This document shows, one piece after another, positions 15,520 through 22,432 of a stretch of 32,000 bases of DNA. The first letter of the stretch is position 1. The number at the start of each line of letters is the position of its first letter. A model generated the notes under the pieces. That model was not told where the DNA came from. It worked only from the letters and a program-made list of their open reading frames with translations, and made no database searches. Source of the stretch: Sinomonas terrae. Lineage in GTDB: Bacteria; Actinomycetota; Actinomycetes; Actinomycetales; Micrococcaceae. The translations under genes were made by a program, and so were the position numbers. Where the stretch lies: assembly GCF_022539255.1 (NCBI RefSeq), contig NZ_JAKZBV010000001.1:190601-222600 (forward strand), given 5' to 3'.

Positions 15520-16153
15520 CGTGTCCTTCGAGGTCCTGGACATCCTCCCCGAACGCTTCTCCACAGTGCCGCAGCTCGTCGCGCGGCTGCGCATCACCGA
15601 GTCGACGGGGACGCCGATCCACGCGATGGCGCTGCGCTGCCAAGTGCGGATCGAGGCGCAGCGGCGGAAGTACGACGACGACGAGGTGCCCGGGCTGCTC
15701 GACCTCTTCGGCTCGCGCATGCGCTGGAGCTCGACGCTCAAGCCGTTCCTCTGGCTCAACGCGAGCACGATGGTCCAAGGATTTAGCGAGAGCACCGAGA
15801 CCGACCTCGTCATCCCCTGCACCTACGACTTCGACGTGACGGCCTCGAAGTACCTCCACGCCCTCCGCGAGGGTGCCGTTCCGCTCGCGCTGCTGTTCTC
15901 CGGGACGATCTTCGAAGCAGGCGGGACAGGCTTCCGAGTCGAACAGGTCCCGTGGGACCGCGAGGCCGCGTACCAGATGCCGGTGGCCGTCTGGCGCGAG
16001 CTCATGGAGACCCACTACCCGAACGCGGGATGGCTCCGCCTCCACCACGAGACGCTCCGCGCCCTCGCCCACTACAAGGCAGCGAAGGCACTGCCGACGT
16101 GGGAGGCGGCCATCGAGGCGCTCCTGGCACGCGCCGAGGAGGAGGTCAAGTGA
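15512..16153 (+). CDS. Conserved hydrogenase-operon protein of unknown function
   Basis: The ATG at 15512 overlaps the upstream stop by 8 nt, and the stop overlaps the next GTG (GTGA). It is 213 aa with coding-like codon bias. I recognise no motif. Confidence 0.65.
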   Translation: MADVSFEVLDILPERFSTVPQLVARLRITESTGTPIHAMALRCQVRIEAQRRKYDDDEVPGLLDLFGSRMRWSSTLKPFLWLNASTMVQGFSESTETDLVIPCTYDFDVTASKYLHALREGAVPLALLFSGTIFEAGGTGFRVEQVPWDREAAYQMPVAVWRELMETHYPNAGWLRLHHETLRALAHYKAAKALPTWEAAIEALLARAEEEVK

Positions 16154-17547
16154 ACACGAACCTCAGTCTGGCCCGCGCCATCGCGGATGCCGTTCTGTAC
16201 GAGGGCTACCTCCTCTACCCCTATCGGGCCTCCTCCCAGAAGAACCGCACCCGGTGGCAGTTCGGGATCCTGGGGCCGTCTGGCGCGTCCGAGGCCGGGC
16301 TCGGCGAGGACGCGCGAATGTCCGCGGAGTGCCTCCTGCGCACGACGGCGGGCACGCGGCTCGAGGTGCACGTGCGGTTCCTGCAGCTGCAGTCCCGGAC
16401 GGTGGAGAGGCTCGACGAGGGCCGCTACACCTCTGTCGAGGAGCTCACCGCGGGCGCGGAGCGGTGGCTGAGCTGGGACGAGGCGACCGAGCGCGAGCTC
16501 AGTTTCGGGCCCTTCGAGACGGGTGAGCTCGCCGCGGGACACACGGTCACCATCGAGGTCGACGGCGGCGAGGACATCGAGCCGCTGACGGCGGGAGGCC
16601 GCGCCATCGGACGCCTTGTGCGCCGCCGTCGCCCGCTGTGCGCAGAGCTCTCGATCACCACCTCGCCGACGGCAGAGCCCGAGCTGCTCCGCCTGAGCAC
16701 AGAGCTGCGGAACACGGCTTTGGGCGCCCAGGGGGACAAGCACGACGCCGAAGCCTCCTCATTCCTCGGCACGCACCTCCTGCTGCACGCCACCGACGGT
16801 GACTTTGTCTCGCTCGTCGACCCGCCGTCGTCGGCCGCCGAGGCTGCCGCAGCCTGCACGCAGCACCGATGCTGGCCCGTCCTCGCGGGCCCCGAAGGGC
16901 AGGCCGACGTCGTCCTCGTCTCACCGATCATCCTCGAGGACCACCCAGCGGTGGCGCCCGAGAGCTCGGTTGCCCTCTTCGACGCGACCGAGATCGACGA
17001 GATCCTCACGCTGCGCGTCCTCACGCTCACGGAGGAGGAGAAGGCCGAGGCGCGGGCGACCGATCCGAGGGCCGCTGCGATCATCGACGCGTGCGAGGCC
17101 CTGACGCCGGAGCAGCTCGGGGGCCTCCACGGGGCGCTTCGGGCTGGATCAGATGGAGTTGTATCAGCCGGCGTTGTCCCCGACGGGGTTGTACCAGCCG
17201 GGGTTGTACCAGCCGGGGACGACGTTCCCTGGTGGGACCCAGAGGCGGACGCGAGCGTGAACCCGGGGGAGGACAGCATCAACATCGGGGGAGTGGCTGT
17301 CTCGCGGGGAAGCCGGGTGCGCGTCGTTCCGCGGAGGCGCTCGGACGCCCAGGACTTCTTCTACGAGGGGCAGTGCGGCCAGGTCATGGGCGTGCACTTC
17401 GACGTAGACGGGAGCGCGTACGTCTCGCTCGTGCTCGAAGACGATCCGGCTGCGGACCTGCACGAATGGTATGGACGCTACCTCTACTTCTCCCCGGATG
17501 AGCTCGAGCCGTTGGGGCCCGAGCAAGGCGAACCGCGAAAGGACTGA
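16150..17547 (+). CDS. Conserved hydrogenase-operon protein of unknown function (465 aa, internal GVVPA tandem repeat)
   Basis: The GTG at 16150 (VNTNLSLARAIADAVLYEGYLLYPYRASSQKNRTRWQFGILGP) is in frame with ORF 15952-17547. The upstream extension overlaps the previous gene and is rejected. The C-terminal beta-rich segment is VSRGSRVRVVPRRRSDAQDFFYEGQCGQVMGVHFD. Confidence 0.65.
   Translation: MNTNLSLARAIADAVLYEGYLLYPYRASSQKNRTRWQFGILGPSGASEAGLGEDARMSAECLLRTTAGTRLEVHVRFLQLQSRTVERLDEGRYTSVEELTAGAERWLSWDEATERELSFGPFETGELAAGHTVTIEVDGGEDIEPLTAGGRAIGRLVRRRRPLCAELSITTSPTAEPELLRLSTELRNTALGAQGDKHDAEASSFLGTHLLLHATDGDFVSLVDPPSSAAEAAAACTQHRCWPVLAGPEGQADVVLVSPIILEDHPAVAPESSVALFDATEIDEILTLRVLTLTEEEKAEARATDPRAAAIIDACEALTPEQLGGLHGALRAGSDGVVSAGVVPDGVVPAGVVPAGDDVPWWDPEADASVNPGEDSINIGGVAVSRGSRVRVVPRRRSDAQDFFYEGQCGQVMGVHFDVDGSAYVSLVLEDDPAADLHEWYGRYLYFSPDELEPLGPEQGEPRKD
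17155..17229 (+). repeat. 15-nt tandem repeat (about 5 units, 2 identical) inside CDS 16150-17547, encoding (GVV[SP][AD])n
   Basis: The units are GGAGTTGTATCAGCC / GGCGTTGTCCCCGAC / GGGGTTGTACCAGCC / GGGGTTGTACCAGCC / GGGGACGACGTTCCC. Confidence 0.8.
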
Positions 17548-17552
17548 ATCCC

Positions 17553-17672
17553 ATGAAGACCGTAGGCGTCATGACCACCGTTCTGGGAGCGCTCGCGGGG
17601 GTCGCGCTGCTTGTCGTCGGCGTGCGGTCGATCCCCGACATCATGCGCTACCTCAAGATCAGGCAGCTGTGA
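17553..17672 (+). CDS. Small single-pass membrane protein (39 aa), not in the supplied ORF track
   Basis: ATG 17553 to TGA 17670-17672 encodes MKTVGVMTTVLGALAGVALLVVGVRSIPDIMRYLKIRQL. That is one hydrophobic helix plus a basic tail. It starts 5 nt after the previous stop. Its stop overlaps the GTG of the endopeptidase gene (GTGA). Codons are GC3-rich. Confidence 0.55.
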   Translation: MKTVGVMTTVLGALAGVALLVVGVRSIPDIMRYLKIRQL

Positions 17673-18160
17673 ACGACGTCCTCGTCGCGGGAATCGGCAA
17701 CATCTTCCTGGGGGACGACGGGTTCGGGAGCGAGGTCGCCCGGGCCCTTTCAGCGAAGCCGCTCGGGGAAGGGGTACGGGTCGTGGACTACGGCATCCGC
17801 GGGCTGCACCTCACGTTCGACCTCTTGGACGGCGTCGACTGCCTCATCATGGTCGACGCCGTACCGCCCCGCGCGGGGGAACCTCCCGGCTCATTGCGCC
17901 TCCTCGAGGTCCGAGCAGACGACCTCGAGACAGCTTCCGCCGTGCCGGACGCCCACGGCATGGAGCCGCTCGCCGCGCTGCGGCACCTCGTGCAGCTCGG
18001 CGGAGACCTGCCGCTGACATTCCTGGTCGGGTGTGCTGCGGCGAGCGTCGAGGAGGGGATCGGCCTGTCGGAGCCTGTCGCGCAGTGCGTCCCGGGAGCG
18101 GTCGACGCCGTGCGCAGGCTCGTCGCTGAGAATCTCGGCGCCCAGAAGAGATTGGCCTGA
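17669..18160 (+). CDS. hupD: [NiFe]-hydrogenase maturation endopeptidase (HupD/HyaD/HybD family)
   Basis: VNDVLVAGIGNIFLGDDGFGSEVARAL...VRVVDYGIRGLHLTFDLLDGVDCLIMVDAV matches the conserved GNxxxxDDGxG and D-x-G / VDA motifs of the protease family. The GTG at 17669 is in frame with ORF 17471-18160. Confidence 0.88.
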   Translation: MNDVLVAGIGNIFLGDDGFGSEVARALSAKPLGEGVRVVDYGIRGLHLTFDLLDGVDCLIMVDAVPPRAGEPPGSLRLLEVRADDLETASAVPDAHGMEPLAALRHLVQLGGDLPLTFLVGCAAASVEEGIGLSEPVAQCVPGAVDAVRRLVAENLGAQKRLA

Positions 18161-18187
18161 ACAGATCGGCCTGAGGAGGGCATCCCT

Positions 18188-18430
18188 ATGTGCCTCGGAA
18201 TTCCGGGAAGAGTCGTCGAAGTCCTCGAGGGCTACGGCGGCCAGCTCGCGCTCGTCGATGTCTCGGGCGTGCAGCGGAAGATCAACATCGGCCTTCTCGA
18301 CTCGCCGCCCCAGCCTTCGGAATGGGTCATCATCCACATGGGCTTCGCGCTCGAGCAGGTCGACGAGGCGACCGCACATGAGGCGTTCGTCGGCCTGCAG
18401 ATCCTCGGCCGCCCGGCCGAGGCCGAGTAG
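18188..18430 (+). CDS. hypC: Hydrogenase assembly chaperone HypC/HupF
   Basis: It has the MCLGIPGRVVEV start with the essential Cys2, and ...WVIIHMGFALEQVDEATA. It is 80 aa. A GAGGAGGG Shine-Dalgarno lies upstream. Confidence 0.92.
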   Translation: MCLGIPGRVVEVLEGYGGQLALVDVSGVQRKINIGLLDSPPQPSEWVIIHMGFALEQVDEATAHEAFVGLQILGRPAEAE

Positions 18431-18441
18431 TGCCCGCGAGG

Positions 18442-19212
18442 CTAGTGATCCAGCGCGATCGCCGCGCCGCGATGGTCGAGGCCGCTGTTGGCGATCTCGA
18501 GGTGCCGCGCGGTGAAGTGGCGCAGCTGGGCGAGCTGCGCCGTCGTCAGTCTGTCGCACACCCAGTCCCAGTGGAGGGACACGACGTCGCCCACAGTGAG
18601 GTCGGAGACGAAGGCCGTGCCTGCGACGGCGTACTTCGCCGTCTCGACCACGTCCGGCCCGACGGCCAGGACCGAGCCGTCCCATGCGAGGGTCCGCGAC
18701 CGCACAACCACTTCGTCGCCGGTCACGGCCAGGACCTCGCCCCAGCGGATGCTGCAGCGGTCCAGGACCTCGAGCGCCGTCGTCGAACGCCGATCATCCT
18801 GAAGAAGGCCCAGCCACGGGTAGATCTCGAAGACATGGAAGCTGTGGTGCGGGACGCCGCCCGCCAGGACGCCCTCGATCAGATGCGGGAATTGGAGCCC
18901 GGTCCTGGCCCGGAACCTCTCCTCCATCGAATTCCCGATGTTCGTCACGCCCACCCGGTCCAGGAGGCGGTTTCCGACCCAGTACGCCTCGACCACCCGG
19001 TGGTCGAGGGGATCGCGGATGCCGGTCGCGGTGGCGATGAGCTCGAGATAGGGCCAAGCGCCCGCAAACCCCTTGGCGAGCTCGCGCAGGCCACTGTCCG
19101 TCACGCCCGACTGCCCGTACTGCAGGAGGGCGTCGCTGTCCGGAGGCCCGCAGCTCCCACGGGCATTGGGCGGATAGGCGTAGCGGACGAAAAGCTGGGC
19201 CCCGTCGATCAT
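18442..19212 (-). CDS. Hypothetical protein; C-terminal third resembles a HypC-type OB-fold
   Basis: The ATG at 19212 (MIDGAQLFVRYAYPPNARGSCGPPDSD...) has a GAGG 8 nt upstream. The C-terminus RCSIRWGEVLAVTGDEVVVRS...VGDVVSLHWDWVCDRLTTAQLAQL parallels HypC (CxGxPGxVxxV...VGDxVLVHxGFA). It is convergent with hypC, 11 nt apart. Confidence 0.6.
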   Translation of the reverse strand: MIDGAQLFVRYAYPPNARGSCGPPDSDALLQYGQSGVTDSGLRELAKGFAGAWPYLELIATATGIRDPLDHRVVEAYWVGNRLLDRVGVTNIGNSMEERFRARTGLQFPHLIEGVLAGGVPHHSFHVFEIYPWLGLLQDDRRSTTALEVLDRCSIRWGEVLAVTGDEVVVRSRTLAWDGSVLAVGPDVVETAKYAVAGTAFVSDLTVGDVVSLHWDWVCDRLTTAQLAQLRHFTARHLEIANSGLDHRGAAIALDH

Positions 19213-19382
19213 GGTGCCAACCTCGTTCCAACGAGGGATTTGTATCGACAAGCTAGCACCGCCTCCATGGGCGGACAAGGATTCGACGATCCATTGACAG
19301 CCCCCGGGGCCGGACGGATGCTGGGGGCACTCTCGGCACCGCAAGACTCAGTGGATTCCTTTGACGGGCGGAGGTCAGCCAA

Positions 19383-20537
19383 ATGACGAGCTTCCCTGAG
19401 ATGTCGCGACGCTCGCTCATCAAGGGCATTCTCGTCGGCGGCTCAGCGGCGGTGCTGGTCGGCTGCGGGGACACGGGGACAACCTCGGGTAGTTCGCCAT
19501 CGGCCTCGGGGGAAGCGGGCGGAGGATCTGGCCCGATCACCATCAAGGACCAGCGCGGCAAGACGCTCACCTTCGAGCGGCCCGTCACGAGCGTCGTCAC
19601 GATCCCTATGCCGGCGGCCTCGCTCCTCGTCGCTGTCGACGAGAGCGCGGCGCACCTCTCCGCGATGCACAGCGCCTCGTGGACGGCCATGCGCACGGGC
19701 ATCATGGGCACGATGTTCCCCAACGCCCTCAAGGTTCCCCACGACATCGCCGCCCAGGACTTCACCCCGAACGTGGAGAGCATCCGCGCACTCAACCCCG
19801 ACGTCGTCATCCAGTGGAGCGACGCGCAGCTCACCGCACCGCTCGAGGACGCAGGGCTGAAGGTCGTCGGGTTCAACAACACGGGGAGCGAACAGGACGT
19901 CGAGGCCTGGACCGCCCTCTTCGCCCAGATGCTCGGCAAGCCCCAGAGGGCCGCGCAGCTTCAGGCCCGCAGCAACGACGAACTCCACCAAGTCCAGTCG
20001 CTCGCCAAGGGCCGCACCGCGGGCCCGCGTGTCCTCTACTTCAACCGATTTGTCGGCGGCCTCAAAGTAGCGGCCGCAGGCACCTACAACGACTTCTACA
20101 TCCGCCTGGTCGGCGCCCAGAACGCCGCGGTCGGGCCACACGGCGCGGGTGCTGCGGGACTCGTCGGGGTCGACGTCGAGCAGGTCCTGGGGTGGGATCC
20201 CGAGATCATCCTGCTCGGCAACTTCGACGCCGCCCTCCCGAAGGACGTCTACGCGAACTCCGTCTGGCAGAGCGTATCCGCGGTCCGGAACCGGAGGGTC
20301 TACAAGGTCCCGCTCGGCGGCTATCGGTGGGACCCGCCCGGCCAGGAGTCTCCGCTCATGTGGCACTGGCTCTCGGACGTCAGCTACCCCCAGCCGCACT
20401 CCGACCTCAGGGCGAAGATGGTCGACTACTACCGATTGCTCTATTCCTACGAACCAACAGCGGCGCAGATGGACGGCATCCTCTGGCGCGATGCGAATGC
20501 GTCCTCGGCCGACTACGCGCAGTTCCTCACGACCTGA
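19383..20537 (+). CDS. ABC transporter substrate-binding lipoprotein, FecB/BtuF (metal-chelate) class, Tat-type signal
   Basis: The N-terminus MSRRSLIKGILVGGSAAVLVGCG contains the Tat motif SRRSLIK plus the lipobox LVGC. The body resembles periplasmic-binding-protein cluster A (..VVTIPMPAASLL..., LNPDVVIQW, WDPEIILLGNF, AVRNRRVYKVP). Confidence 0.8.
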   Translation: MTSFPEMSRRSLIKGILVGGSAAVLVGCGDTGTTSGSSPSASGEAGGGSGPITIKDQRGKTLTFERPVTSVVTIPMPAASLLVAVDESAAHLSAMHSASWTAMRTGIMGTMFPNALKVPHDIAAQDFTPNVESIRALNPDVVIQWSDAQLTAPLEDAGLKVVGFNNTGSEQDVEAWTALFAQMLGKPQRAAQLQARSNDELHQVQSLAKGRTAGPRVLYFNRFVGGLKVAAAGTYNDFYIRLVGAQNAAVGPHGAGAAGLVGVDVEQVLGWDPEIILLGNFDAALPKDVYANSVWQSVSAVRNRRVYKVPLGGYRWDPPGQESPLMWHWLSDVSYPQPHSDLRAKMVDYYRLLYSYEPTAAQMDGILWRDANASSADYAQFLTT

Positions 20538-20544
20538 GCCGCCG

Positions 20545-21633
20545 ATGCTGCCCAAGACGAGCCGATCGCAGCGCGAACCCCTTCTCGCGACAGACGCCGT
20601 TCGCATCGAACGTCGCCCAGTACGCGCGGCCCCCGCCGTCGTCGTCGGCGCCGTCCTCCTGTTCGTCGTCGCGGTCGCAGCGCTCGCCGTCGGCCGCTAC
20701 ACCGTCTCGATGTCCGACGTCCTGCGGATCCTGTTCCCGTTCGCCGCCCCCGGAAGCGACGATGTCTCCGACGCCGCGCGCAGCGTCGTGCTGCTCGTGA
20801 GGCTGCCGCGGATCCTGCTCGCGCTGCTCGTGGGCGGGGGCCTCTCCATCGGCGGCGCCGCCCTGCAGGCCACTTTCCGCAACCCCCTCGTCAGTCCCGA
20901 GATCATCGGCGTCTCTTCCGGTGCGTCGTTCGGCGGCGCACTCGCTCTCCTGCTCGGGGCGGGTGCGGCCGTGCTCGTGGGCTCGTCGTTCGTCTTCGGG
21001 ATCATCGCGCTCGTCCTGCTCTTCGCGATCACGGCCGGGCGGGAGGGCGCCCCGCTGCTCATGGTGGTCCTGGGAGGCGTGGTCACGGGCTCCTTCTTCT
21101 CCGCGCTCGTAGCCCTGATCACGTACATCGCGGACCCGTACACGACGCTCCCGGCGATCGTCTTCTGGCTTCTGGGGAGCGTCGCCTCGGCGACTTACGC
21201 CAAGGTGCTCGTTGCCCTCATCCCGGTGCTCCTCGGAACGGCGACGCTCCTTGCGGTGCGGTGGCGGATCAACATCCTCTCGCTAGGCGACGAGGACGCC
21301 AAGGCGCTGGGAATCCGGCCCTCGCCCCTGCGCTGGACGGTGCTCGTCGCGGTGGCACTGATCGTCGCCGGTGCGGTAGCGGTGAGCGGAGCCGTCAGCT
21401 GGGTGGGCCTGGTCGTGCCGCACCTCGCTCGCATGTGGGTCGGCCCGGACCATCGCGTGCTGCTGCCCGTCTCCTTCCTCATGGGCGCGGCCTACATCAT
21501 CGTGGTCGACACCCTCGCGCGAACCCTGACCCCCGGGGAGATTCCCCTCGGCGTCCTGACCGCCCTCATCGGGGCGCCCGCGTTCTTCGTCCTCCTCAGG
21601 CGCAACCGTACGAGGATCTGGGACGATGCCTAG
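20545..21633 (+). CDS. ABC transporter permease, FecCD family
   Basis: LRLPRILLALLVGGGLSIGGAALQATFRNPLVSPEIIGVSSGASFG and GEIPLGVLTALIGAPAFFVLLRR are FecCD/BtuC hallmarks. The ATG at 20545 is in frame with ORF 20149-21633. Confidence 0.88.
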   Translation: MLPKTSRSQREPLLATDAVRIERRPVRAAPAVVVGAVLLFVVAVAALAVGRYTVSMSDVLRILFPFAAPGSDDVSDAARSVVLLVRLPRILLALLVGGGLSIGGAALQATFRNPLVSPEIIGVSSGASFGGALALLLGAGAAVLVGSSFVFGIIALVLLFAITAGREGAPLLMVVLGGVVTGSFFSALVALITYIADPYTTLPAIVFWLLGSVASATYAKVLVALIPVLLGTATLLAVRWRINILSLGDEDAKALGIRPSPLRWTVLVAVALIVAGAVAVSGAVSWVGLVVPHLARMWVGPDHRVLLPVSFLMGAAYIIVVDTLARTLTPGEIPLGVLTALIGAPAFFVLLRRNRTRIWDDA

Positions 21634-22432
21634 TCGCGGTGAGACGATGCTGAGCTTCGCCGCGGTGGGGTGCCGCTACTCGCGGGCCCGGTGGGTCTTC
21701 CGGAATGCGAGCTTCAGCATCGCGGCGGGCAGCACGATGGCCATTCTCGGGCCCAACGGGAGTGGCAAGACAACCCTCATCCGCTGCGCCGCCGGTCTCC
21801 TGTCCCCGCGGGAAGGCTCCGTCACGCGTAACGCCCCGCCCGGCTATGTGCCCCAGTCCCATGGGAGCGCGTTCGCGTACACGGCGTTCGACATGGTGCT
21901 CATGGGACGAGCCCAGGGCAAGGGGTGGTTCCAGCAGCCCAACTCGTCCGATCGGGCGGCGGCCGGCGCCGCGATGGAACGTGTCGGGATCTCCGGACTC
22001 GCCGACAGGCTACTTCCCACACTGAGCGGAGGGGAGCGGCAGCTCGTCCTCATCGCCCGCGCGATGGCCACGGGTTCCCCTCTTCTCATCCTCGACGAGC
22101 CGTCCACAGGGCTCGACCTCAAGAATCAGGCCCGTGTCCTGGGCCTCCTCCGGGACCTCAGGCAGGCGGGAATGTCCCTCCTGCTGAGCACGCACCATCC
22201 CGACCACGCGAGGGCAGTCGCCGACCAAGTCGCGATTGTCCAGAACGGCGGCGTGGAGTGTGGGAGCGCGCCCGAGATGCTCACGGAGTCTCGGCTTTCC
22301 GCCCTGTACGGCGTGCCGGTCTCCGCCGTCGACTATCTCGATGCTGCCGGCCGTCCCGTCCAGACGATCGTCACTGGGCTCGGCGAACCCACGAACCCGG
22401 TCGTGCACCGGCCTGTCGGGGGAGGCGGGTGA
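21626..22432 (+). CDS. ABC transporter ATP-binding protein (FecE/BtuD type)
   Basis: It has Walker A GPNGSGKTTL, the signature LSGGERQ, Walker B LLILDEP and the H-loop STHHPD. The start overlaps the permease stop; an alternative ATG lies at 21647. Confidence 0.9.
   Translation: MPSRGETMLSFAAVGCRYSRARWVFRNASFSIAAGSTMAILGPNGSGKTTLIRCAAGLLSPREGSVTRNAPPGYVPQSHGSAFAYTAFDMVLMGRAQGKGWFQQPNSSDRAAAGAAMERVGISGLADRLLPTLSGGERQLVLIARAMATGSPLLILDEPSTGLDLKNQARVLGLLRDLRQAGMSLLLSTHHPDHARAVADQVAIVQNGGVECGSAPEMLTESRLSALYGVPVSAVDYLDAAGRPVQTIVTGLGEPTNPVVHRPVGGGG

Noticed and set aside
19213-19382. Cobalamin (B12) or NiCo riboswitch in the 170-nt leader of the BtuF/FecB-class ABC operon
   Set aside because: I could not find a B12 box (GCCACTG-type core) or the conserved GGTGCC...AGGGAA...CCGGTGAAA arrangement on the plus strand. 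A CCACTG occurs only on the opposite strand. NiCo riboswitches control exporters. An Infernal/Rfam scan would settle it.
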